DNA from: Takakia lepidozioides
Lineage: Eukaryota > Plantae > Bryophyta
Length of the DNA: 64,000 nt
Direction: 5' to 3'
NCBI GenBank assembly: GCA_030704615.1
Contig: CM060731.1
Coordinates: forward strand, 6,076,001-6,140,000
Under the pieces are notes generated by a model. The model did not search any database. It saw only the letters and a program-made list of their open reading frames with translations, and had not been told where the DNA came from. The stretch's first letter is position 1, and every line of letters starts with the position of its first letter. The position numbers were made by a program, and so were the translations under genes. Shown piece by piece: positions 52,540-62,829 of the stretch.

Positions 52540-53512
52540 CAACCTCCTGGTGGTCGCACCTATTTTTTTTTAAACAATTGTGTGACCACCAATAGCGGTC
52601 GTCGCAACTGTTAAAATAAAAGAAAAATGTTGCGACCACCCCCCTGCTGGTAGTCGCACCTATTTACTGATTTACTGATTACCCCTACTGGTGGTCGCAG
52701 ATTTTTTTATTTTTTATTTTTTATTTTTTGGAAAACACCTGGGAACGACAACTCACAAATCAGGCCCCTTAGTAGTGAGAGGAGAAAATAACCTCTTTCA
52801 TTTATGCGCCAAGAGGCGTAGGAATGGGGCACCACACACGAACCATACCAACACCCATCAAGTAGCAAGATTTGACCCCAGAATCGTCTGGATCGCACTC
52901 AGTGCACTTAACCAACTGAGCTACTGACTGTTGGTAGATATTAAAAAATCGGAAAATTATGCGACCACCCCCCTACGACCACCCCCCTGCTGGTGGTCGC
53001 ATCTATTAAAGAAAAGGAAAATAGTGCGATCACCAGCAGGTGGTGGTCGCACCTATTTGTTTTAAACAAAATTTGTGCGACCACCCCTCTGCTGGAGGTC
53101 GCGCCTATTAAAAAAAAGAAAAATTATGCGACCACCTCCCTGCTGGCGGTCGCACCTATTAAAAATAAAAAAATCTGTGACCACACCCGTACTGGTGGTT
53201 GCACTCATTAAAAAAAATAAACAAATCTGTGACCACCCCCCTGTTGGTGGTCACACCCATTAAAAAAGATAAATAAATCTGCGACCACCCCCCTGCTGGT
53301 GGTCGCACCCATTAAAAAAATTAAAAATAATCTGCGACCACCCTCCTGCCGGTGGTCGCACCTATTAAAAAATAAAAATTCTGCGACCACCCCCCTGCTG
53401 GTGGTCGCACCTATTAAAAAAAAAAAAAAATCTGCGACCACCCTCCTGCTGGTGGTCACACATAATAAAGAAAAGAAAAAAAGATGCGACCACCCCTACT
53501 GGCGGTCGCAGC
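52540..53512 (-). repeat. Hairpin tandem array B: reverse complement of array A (TGCGACCACC-CCCTGCT-GGTGGTCGCA-CCTATTAAAAA), about 14 units
   Basis: Directly visible. Interrupted at ~52740-52930 by a SINE-like insert. Confidence 0.95.
52845..52929 (-). mobile_element. tRNA-derived SINE-like head (copy 2)
   Basis: Minus strand reads GTCAGTAGCTCAGTTGGTTAAGTGCACTGAGTGCGATCCAGACGATTCTGGGGTCAAATCTTGCTAC, with A box TAGCTCAGTTGG and a B-box-like GGTCAAATC. Confidence 0.6.
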
Positions 53513-53938
53513 TATTACTAGCGTGCGCAGTCATGATGACAGCGCGCGCCCCGAGTGTGGAGGGGGGGCTTATAAGGCCTTGGAGGCCATTCTCTCCCTC
53601 ACTTTTCTCCACACTAGGACTTGGTGGGCGATGGGATGTTGCATTCCTTGTCATTGAGTCCAAGTGGAGAGGGGTGCTATTGGTTGGGTGGGGGGTATTT
53701 TGGGCCGTTGGATTCTACAAATTCGATGCTGAGTACCTCCCAGGAAGCCCTCCTCTAGCACCCACGTTTTTTTCATTGCACATTGCGTCATTTCTCTTTG
53801 AACTGCCGAGGGAGTGACTTGTGCCTCTAGTACTTGGGGAGGATTCATTAGGGAGTAGGATTAGGTACGATTTAGGAGGGTTGGGAGAGCATTTTTCTTA
53901 GCAAAGACCTGTCGAGTAGGGGTAAGCCAGAGCCATAA

Positions 53939-56400
53939 ATGGCGGAGGAGGAAGACAGAGGAGGTCATCCCAGGGATGACAATAATGAACCTGGACCTCC
54001 CAAAAAAAAACCAAAACGGGTCAGGCGCGAACTTCGTTGGGACATATACAATGACCCCAACATTCTTGCGGAACCAGGTTGGGAAGTTTGGAAGTTGGGG
54101 CAGCGGTGGTCGCTTAGTGACTGCAGGAAATTTGTGGATTGGTGTCACATAAATCGTTTGTGGCCCAGAAATAGGCATGATCCACAAACCAAACAAAATC
54201 AAGCTAGATTGCATTCCTGCGCCAACCCGCATTTTCGCCACAGGGCAGAGGAGGTACATACAACATTGTGGGGTCAACCGCTCGTCAACAACAAGATCCC
54301 GTATTTATTTGCGACCATGTTGTACACAGAGTTGATTTTATTGCGACCAGTGGATTGGCAAATTGCCACTGCGAGACAACGTACTAGACTATACATGTTC
54401 TCTGATATCCCAGACTTGTATATACGTCAGGGGCATGACATCATACGGTTTGATGGAAATGACGAGGTGGAAGAAGGAGGAAATGCAGACCAACCTCAAT
54501 ATTATACGCCGCAACAAGTCTCCGCAGCCGGGCCTTCAACGTCTGAGGTGGAGGGGGGCGAGGTACGCTCTCCGTTGGAGGAACAGTTGGCCGCACATGA
54601 ACAGCACATCAAAGACCTGCAGGACACATTGTTCATTTGCAACGGTGACAAATAGCAAAGTTGCTGGAAAGAATGGGGTTGGGGATTCTCGACAGCGTAC
54701 GCGGTGTGCTTCAGGACCCGAGGCCAATCACCAACGAGCAAGTTATATTGGCCCATTTGAATATGTCACCAATGGCTGACCGTGTCATCGACGGGGTTGA
54801 TTCAATCGGGCATGGGAATGAAGTGCAAACGTCTGAACTGGACCCGGCGAGGGTTGAGGAAGAAAGACATGCGGGGAGAGGGCAAGAAAAGGGAAGGACC
54901 CCATAGTGGAAACTGGGGAATGTTCAGCCGTGCAAATTACATCGGCCCAAGAACAGGAATTAGAACAGCTTGGGGGGGAAAGCGAGCAAGCTATGGCTGT
55001 TGCATATCGGTACTCAAATGCCATGCAAATCCGATCGTGGCCATGGTTGAAGGGGAATTGGCGGAATTGGGTGACATGGGCGGGCCATCTAGCATCGCGG
55101 GAAACACGGATAGAAGAAGAAGGTTGTCCTCCCTCCAACGTGCAACACGTTTGTCGAATCGAAGCGTAGATAGCATCTATGCTAATTTGCAAAGGCACGA
55201 CACTGTGCGTGATGTATTCACGTCGAAGTACACTGGATTCACCACATGGGGTAATGTGCATGCCATGTTTGAGCACTGTGTGCATACAGTTTCCGATACC
55301 CAAAACAGCATAAACTGGGATTTGGAAGTAGAGGAGGAGTGCGACACCAGGCCGAGGATGTCATCCTACATTAATGAGGATAAACAGACATGGATACCAC
55401 ATAGCAATCCAGCGTCATGGGTGACAGATGGTACGGTGTGCATAATGTGCCTAAGCCCTTATGGACCGGAGGGAGGCTATATGTTTGGTTCATGTGGCCA
55501 TTTGTTCCATCCCACATGTCTCATATTGGCAGCCATGCAAGCCAGCCAATGCCCTGACTGCCGTGGACCAATCCATCGACGTTTCTACGAGTTGTTTGGG
55601 TTGCAAGACAATATGCCACGGGATACGAGTACAACCGGTACAACATGCCATTGGATGTATCGCCTTACGATTTTTTAAATTGACAGCATTGGGGGGAGAC
55701 AATGACATAGGATGCTCCAAGAGAGATGCACGCCTTGGATGCGAAGACGTTAACGTTACTAGGGTTAAAGATCCGGTGACCTTTGGGTGACATCCAACTG
55801 GGAAATAATCGTGCGTGCTAGAGGCATACGGGACCCAGTCCAAAGGGAGTTTTTTTGCCGTAACTTGGGAGGGCATTGGAGCTGTATCAGACAAAGATTC
55901 TTCCGACTACCTGAGGATTCGTGGGTGCCAGCGGAAAAACGACCCATACAATCGCGAAACCGATTGGGAGAGACCTAATTCTGAGGGGAGTTGGAGGCCG
56001 CTAGCATCCGTTGGGAGGATATGAATGAGACGTACTGGGTGCCTCGTCGGGATGTGCTGATGGGTCATTTCTTCCAGAGTTGCGCAAAGACCCCCAGCAG
56101 GAGGAGGGTGTTGGACAATTTCAAGGCTGCCATCACGAGTGTTGTAAAGTATTGCCAGAACACATGACGTGACCAATTTGCCCCTATTCCAGGGTTGTTC
56201 TTGCCACTTCCAAATATATCGGATTTAATTGAAAAATTGCATGTCGCCGTAGCAAGAGCGACACACCCGGCTCTGGCAAATATGGAAGAGAGTCAGCACT
56301 CACCTAGAACAGCTACGCATGATGGCAAGGGTGGACCACAACAACACTGGTTCCTCTTTGACCACTCGAGTCCAGGCTCGAGCTCTCCGTACTGGTGGAG
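53939..56400 (+). pseudogene. Decayed nuclear protein gene: NLS-containing unknown N-terminal domain plus RING-H2 zinc finger
   Basis: ATG at 53939 with PKKKPKRV (NLS-like), TATA-like TTATAAG at ~53570, and an in-frame stop at 54653-54655. RING-H2 CIMC..GSCGHLFHPTC..CPDC lies in ORF 54782-55678. Frameshifts are present and the 3' end is approximate. Confidence 0.65.
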
Positions 56401-56559
56401 GCACGTCCGTACACCCGGCGAGCATCTTCATCAACATCTGTAGGTGACGACAACGAAGTAATAAATCTAGATGAAGTTGACTAGAAAGGCTAGAAAGTAG
56501 GGAGTCCGGTCAAAGGTCTCAGGTTGCGAAAACTTAAATATGCAACCCACTGTGTAGTC

Positions 56560-59520
56560 TACGTAATTTTTGGAAATATGAGGTTCATCCTTTGAACCAT
56601 TTTTGAATGACCTCGCACTTGTTCGGTACCTGTTTGACGGCAGTACAATATACTGGCAAAGTTTCAAAACTCAATCAAAAATTGTTGAATGAAGATCCCA
56701 TTGGTTCACCCATTGTAATATTTTAAATCCTCACTCATACTTGTCCGGTACCTTTAAGAGGGCATGTACAATGCAATGGCAAAGTTTGAAAGAATTCAAA
56801 AATCGGCACATCAAGTAACCATTGGTTCCTTGTGAACCATTTTTTATTGATCTCATACTGTCCGGCCATGTAAGAGGCATGTAGAACATACAAGCAAAAT
56901 TTCAAATCATTCAAATTGAATGGTGAACATACGCATAAATCATTTGCCTAGCAAAGATTTTGTTCGCTTAGACTTGGCCAGTATCTTCAATGTACCATGG
57001 AAGAGGCCCCAAAGTAATATGAGATAATCGAATATTCGTTAAATGGGCCAACGGATGGTTGCCCATCCAAATGTTTTCGTTCGCTTTGAGACTTGGCCAG
57101 TGTGTTCAATGTACCTTGTTGATGTATATGAGATCAATCGAAATTCGTTCGATGGGCCAATGAGGCGTTCAGTTGTCATCTGGTTTTGTTCATTGGAAAA
57201 AAGAAATCCTTGACAATGCGTGCACGGCTATTGCACCCATTTGAAACGGAGTGGTTGAAGCCATTTTTGCCCGCATGTGCTTGAACATGTATGCAAACAT
57301 ATGTGCAGAGACACAACAGACGAATAAATCATTTGCCCTCCCCATCGATACCAGCCATTCCATAATGTAATTGAATTAAATTAATTTTAAGCTAATAAAT
57401 AGGTTTGCACTGCTTTCATTGGGGGTTTCTGACATGTATCGATTTTGTTTTTGGCTCAATTTTGTTCGCGGCTTCCAGCATCCCACCACTACTCCCCGCC
57501 AAAATGGACCAATAAAAAATGCCCCAAAAAAAAAGTGTTATCTTCACTCACTATTGCAAAAACTCTCTATGAAGAGTGCATGAAGTTGAACACAAATCAA
57601 GTGGGAGTGCAAAACAGGAAAATAAACTGTGGTTTGGGTCCAATGAATTATGTTCGCTCCCAAATTTGGCACGCAATTGCATATGGCTACATTACACGCC
57701 CCATTTAAAAAACGAATGAAAAAAAAATCGTGAGCACGTGAAACACAGTCCAACAGGTCCAAAGCAATAGGAGATCCAGCGGGAATACATTCAACGAGTG
57801 AACGGATGGTTGCCCATCCAAATCATTTTTGTTTGGCTTCCAAACTTTGCCTGTGATGCAAACACCCTCTCACAGGTCCCGGACTATATCAGATCAATCG
57901 AAATTCATTCAATGGCTCAACGGATGGTTGGCCCTCGAGATGATTTTGGTTCGCGTTGAGACTTGGCCAGTATGTTCAATGTGTGCATGGAAGAGGCCCC
58001 AGAGTAATATTAGATCAATAAATTCGTTCAATGGGCCGACGGATGGTTGCCCATCCAAATGTTTTCGTTTGTTTGAGACTTGGCCAGTGTGTTCAATGTA
58101 CCCTCTGATAGGTCCAGTGTTAATAATTATGAGCTCAATCGTTAACGATTAATCATGAATCGTCCAACGGGAAACTGCTGGTTCATCTTTGAACCATTTA
58201 CAATTGACATCATAACTTGCCAGTAACTTTAAGAGGGCATATACAAGACACTCGCAAAAGTTCAAATGAATCCAAATCATTTGGCAGGGGAATGATTGGT
58301 TCACCCATAGTCAATTTCAGGGGCTGAAATTGCCATTTATGGGGCTCGAATTGCCAATTTTAAGGGGCTGTGACTTGCAATTTGAGGGGTGAAACTGAAA
58401 GTGCATTCCAGGGGCTTCAATTGCCAATTTCAGGGGCTGCACTAGCAATTGCCATTTACAGGCTACAGTTGCAATTTGAGGGCGAGGGGACGGGACTTGT
58501 CATTTCAGGGGTAGGAGAGTGCAATTTGAGGGGTTGGAATAAATTTTAGGGGCTTCAATGGCAATTTTAGGGGGTTGGAATTGACAATTTCAAGGGCCTC
58601 AAATTACAATTTGAGGGGCGGCGGGGGGTTGGTCATTTAGGACTGGCATTACCAATTTTTAAGGGCTTGAATTGCATTTTTGAATGTAATTAAGGGTTAC
58701 AATGGACCATTGGGGGGCTTAGAATTACCAAAGAATGACATCCAAAGACAATTATAAATTGGTTCACCCTTTCAAACCATTTTTATTCACGTCACACTTG
58801 TCCGGTACTTGTAGGGGGCATGTGGCTGACACTTGCAAAGCTTCAAAGCAATGTAAAATCATTTGATAGGGGGAACAATGGGTCACCATTTCAACCATAT
58901 TTTACTGACCTCATACTTGTCCGGTACCTTTTTAAAATGGCATGTGAAAGACACTTGCAAAGCTTTAAAGCACTCCAAAAATCATTTGATATGTTCATGA
59001 TTTTGATTCACACCTTTCAACCATTTTAGATTGATTTGAAACTTGTGAAAGACTGTAAGAGAGCATGTACAAGACACTTGCAAAGTTTCAAATCAATTTA
59101 AAATCATTTGATAGGGGGACGATTGGTTCACACCTTTAAACCATTTAGATTGATGTCATACTTCTCAAAGACGTGTAAGAGGGCATGTAGAAGACACTTG
59201 CAAAAGTTTTGGAACAATAAAATATCATTTCATCGGGGAAGTTTCCTTCACCCTTTCTCCATTTTGATTGAACTGGATTTTTACTAAATAACATGCTTAG
59301 AGGGCATAGTTTGAATTCTGGGCGCCATTGATTTGTTTTTTGTGAGTTGTGAACCCCACACCACCACATCCTGCCAAAAAATGTACCAAGGAAAAAGTTT
59401 GGAAAAAAAAACGTTCATCCTTTGCTCTATGCTCACCATTGCAGAACTCTCTATGAAGAGTGCAATGAAAGTTGAAGATAAGTCACTTGGAGTGCATGTC
59501 AAGTTAATAAACACAGTGTG
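56560..59520. repeat. Composite degenerate satellite block (~120-bp units; GGATGGTTGCCCATCCAAAT units; AATTTGAGGGG minisatellite at 58310-58720)
   Basis: Recurring GGTTCACC..AACCATTTT..CATACTTGTCCGGTAC..GGCATGT..GCAAAGTTTCAAA units. ~57550-57600 is duplicated at ~59435-59490. Confidence 0.85.
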
Positions 59521-59785
59521 AAACTACCGACATAAATCTAGTGATTTGTATTAACACTGGAATTAGTTCAAGTATTAAGTCAGGTGCCAGTTTAGCTTGA
59601 CACCTGAACCACTTATTTTCACGAGCTCGTCAGTCGTGCGGCTCATCCTCTCGAGTTGACTTGTGTTCAACAGTGTGAGTTAGTGTTCAATCACTCGGAG
59701 AGAGATGACGCTATCTAGTTTTCTAGTGCTAAGCTAGATATGAGTTTTGTTTTAGCACATTATCATATAACTTGGTATTATACAG

Positions 59786-60668
59786 GTCTGTGAATAATTC
59801 AGCTGAGTGTTTAACCATTCCGGAGCGGCAGAAAGCTATTAAGCTTGCGGCGGATACTTCACTTGCAGTTACTGCTAGCGGATCTTGCTGGAGTCACGCG
59901 TTTAGTAGAGAGCTTGCTCAGGCTACTGGGGATGAATGCTGCCTGATTGATTCGTCAAGTAACGACGGGTTAGAGGTTAGCTCTTTTTCGTGCCTAGATT
60001 CTTCTGCAGCGATCCTGTCATCGTCTCAGGGCTGCCCGTGTGGAGTGGAGACAAAGGGCTTTGCCGTGGGTGACTCCAAGCCGGCCCGTTTTTTCTTGGA
60101 TTGTAAGTGTCTGCCTGTCTCAAATTTCGTGGAACCCAGGATATAGCCAGTGAAGAGCGAAGGTGGTGTTAGGAAGAGGTTAGCCAGTTTTCGGGCATAC
60201 CGTCACATTGCGTCGTCTGATTGCAGCGGGAAATGGGGTTATTGGCAAGTCACTAGAAAACCTGTACTGGTGGCCAATTTTAAAAGGCTCGCAGGGAGAT
60301 CTAGAAGGATTTTGTACAAAAATTCACGCCTCTACAAGGCATCAAACAGGAGACTCGGGGCACTCCACAAATCTGTGGGGATCAAAACTGTAAGATCTCT
60401 GAAGAACTGCCACAGATTCGGATCTGATGCCAATCGTGGTGTGAACGCTCGGGTCAGTGATACTCGCATCATGGATCTACTAAAGCTTATTCCTGGTGGA
60501 ACAAGTATGGACACTCCCATTTTGCTGGAGGAGACCGCTGATTATTTGATGTTCCTGGAGCTTCAGGTGCAGGCCCTGCAATCGCTGACTAACAAGATTG
60601 ATTTACAAGCAAAACCTGCCGGGCAATCTGCCGAGAGCCTCATCTGCTTCTCGGAGGGGTTTCCGTAA
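59786..60668 (+). pseudogene. IBH1/AIF-like atypical (non-DNA-binding) bHLH gene; first exon not found; one in-frame TAG
   Basis: ERQKAIKLAADTSLAVTASGSCWSHAF (IBH1-like N-terminal motif) and DTRIMDLLKLIPGGTSMDTPILLEETADYLMFLELQVQALQSL (HLH) are in the same frame, separated by a TAG at 60144-60146. It starts at an acceptor site (TATACAG|G, 59785/59786). Confidence 0.75.
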
Positions 60669-61205
60669 ATGCCCAGCTTGCGCCCAGCCTTGTCTCAGTA
60701 CGAAGGCGGCTATAGTGGTCAAGTCGCACGTTCTGAGTTGTGGCTCCAGGCATTGGTGAACCGTGAAATGAAGGTGGAGCCTGAGAATGTGAACCCTGGA
60801 GCTGCAATGGTGTTACATTTCTAGTGGGAGGTATAATCTGTAGATGTGGATCTCTAGTGAGGGTGAAAGCAGAGGAGACAGTGAACCACACCGCGAGCAG
60901 TGAATGGAGGTGTTTCGGATCATGCTTGAATGCACAGCTGCATCTCAGATTTACCCTCATGTGTTTCGGCTTCCATCTGGGACAAGGCAGTTTACAGGGG
61001 ATCCATCTCATACAACAACGATAAGGTGGCCCATTGATCGCAGCAGCTTCAACAAGGTGTTATTATTGTGACACTTGGAACTTGGCATACCAATGAAGAC
61101 ATTACCTTTATCATGGTAGTTCTAGTCTTGATTGAGTTGAAAAATCTAAGATCGTCATATTTCAGATATGAGCCTGGCATGAGTCCAAGGAATTCTTAGG
61201 GAACC

Positions 61206-62769
61206 TGTAGTGAATCGCAAAAAACGTGGGAACAGGGAACCAAAGGAAACCAATTGAAAATAGTTTTTCCTTGTATTTGTTTCTATTTAAGGTCATATAT
61301 TATATTTACAGAGCCTCTTTGGCCATATCTTTGTCATATGAGCTCCATTTGACACAGTTTTTGAGGGGATAGCTATAGAAAGGGGAAATCTACCTATCTA
61401 GACCTGTTTTAGTTTTTTTTGGACTCTGCTAAAAATCTATGGAATTTTCTTGGTGTGAGTGTGAGTGTGCTATGAAAGATCCACAATTCTGTTTCTAGAA
61501 CCTGTTGTGGTCTACATGAGAGACAAATCTGTGGATGCCCTCCTTGTATGGCTGGGGGAAATGAGGACGTAATTGAAGGGCAGGTCTCTTCTCTTAGCCT
61601 GTGCACACAAGGGGACAAGATTTATGTTTCTCAAGGAACTCAGACTGATGTGAATGGAGAGCAGTTGGATGAGTTGATTGCATACTGGGAGTCAGGCATT
61701 AGCAATAGACAACAAACTGCAGTACTTGGCATTGAGGGCCTCAATATTGCTTTGGACAGTCAGAACTCTGTTAGAGCAAGCAGTTCTGCAGCTGTAGGTG
61801 AAATACCAAAGTGGGTGGAAGCTAGGCTTGGAACACAGCCAAAGACAGCCCCGGGGACCAAGGTGTTCAGCCACAAGGCCGTGGTGTACTGGAGCAGAGG
61901 AGCAGGAGCTACACAAGTTTGTGCAATCAGACATGGTTGCAGCTAGACACGCTCTGCACAAGGCAACCACGAGCGGGGGTTCATTAGCAATGAAAAGTTT
62001 GTTATGCTTGAAAGAGATGCAGTCATTCGCAACGAGGACACCCGCAACCGTCTCAAAGCTTTCGAGTTGAGAGACTGTCAGACCCTACCTTTATTTTCTT
62101 TAGTATTCAGTGAGCGAGAGATAGGGGAGTATTGCTTTGTCTCTACCTGGCAGAGAGAGGAGGAGGGTTGGTTAGAGCGAGCTACTGTAGCTTGGGATAA
62201 GGTTAGTGGCAGGTTTTTGGACATAGATATACCTCCTACACCTTACCACCAAACAAGATCTAATCCTGATCTATGCTATCAACTGCCAGACTTCTCTCAA
62301 AGTGCCTCGCTCTGCCTCTATTCTTCCCCTCCTTTTCTTTACTATTTTCATTACTTTGTACTTGTAGTTGCCAAAGCCTCTCTTGGTGGAGGCCAGTCAG
62401 TCGGGCTGGGATATTCTGCAGGATCAGCACTGCAGATGGATTTTGGAGTGGGGGTGTTGATGTTTTGATTTCTTGTGTTTGGATCCCCCCCAACACCTGC
62501 ATGCTTGACTGTGCGCCATGTTGGTTTTGTGTGGGCGCTTGCTTTCATAGGGGATTAGGCCGGATTTGATCACCGGTCAATCCTAGAGTAAACTGTCGGT
62601 GGTGAGGCTGGAGTGATGACCAGCAAGACCACCAGTGTTTCTTCTATGATGAGACTGGGTTGATGACCAGCCAACCATAAGAGTTCTTGCGGTGGATGCA
62701 GGTGCAGGTGCCCTTAGCCACTGGGATATGACCCTTAATCCGCAACAGGTGCTCACCCGTGTCACTATT
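61206..62769 (+). repeat. 5' LTR of a Ty3/Gypsy retrotransposon (~1.56 kb)
   Basis: Starts TGTAGTGA and ends near TCACTATT (degenerate TCACTACA inverse), directly before a PBS-like site. Confidence 0.6.
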
Positions 62770-62774
62770 AGAAT

Positions 62775-62787
62775 TAGTACTAGAGCC
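62775..62787 (+). promoter_or_regulatory. Degenerate primer-binding site (tRNA-iMet type)
   Basis: TAGTACTAGAGCC vs the canonical TGGTATCAGAGCC (3 transitions), a few bases after the LTR end. Confidence 0.55.
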
Positions 62788-62829
62788 TTATAGTGTCACG
62801 TGGGGGAGGTGCGGGTTGTGAGTGTCATC

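Larger units (their letters stand above)
48025..53535 (+). mobile_element. Nested hAT element (DUF659-type transposase) bounded by the inverted hairpin arrays
   Basis: Candidate left TIR CAGGGTTGCACACG at 48025 interrupts the ParB-like frame. There is only a weak 10/14 inverse match (CGTGCGCAGTCATG) at 53522-53535, and no TSD. Confidence 0.5.
44647..59718 (+). mobile_element. Putative ~15-kb non-autonomous Helitron-like composite element carrying decayed genes, nested TEs and satellites
   Basis: The 5' side starts (C)TCTTATAACAAAGAG followed by a TGACGTGGCA/GCCACGTCA-rich block. The 3' side has an imperfect inverted repeat (59640-59659 vs 59691-59711) just before CTAG|T (59715-59719). No TIR/TSD pair and no Rep/Hel ORF seen. 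Confidence 0.45.

Noticed and set aside
52845-52929. Functional tRNA gene
   Set aside because: No convincing acceptor or anticodon stems, a degenerate B box, and homology with the second copy extends beyond tRNA length.
48250-53512. CRISPR array interpretation of the palindromic repeat-spacer arrays
   Set aside because: The spacers are low-complexity, mutually similar A/T tracts, the repeats are degenerate, there are no cas genes, and the context is a spliced eukaryotic genome.
52993-53817. ORFs across the hairpin arrays (also 48181-48893)
   Set aside because: These are translation artefacts of the tandem repeats.
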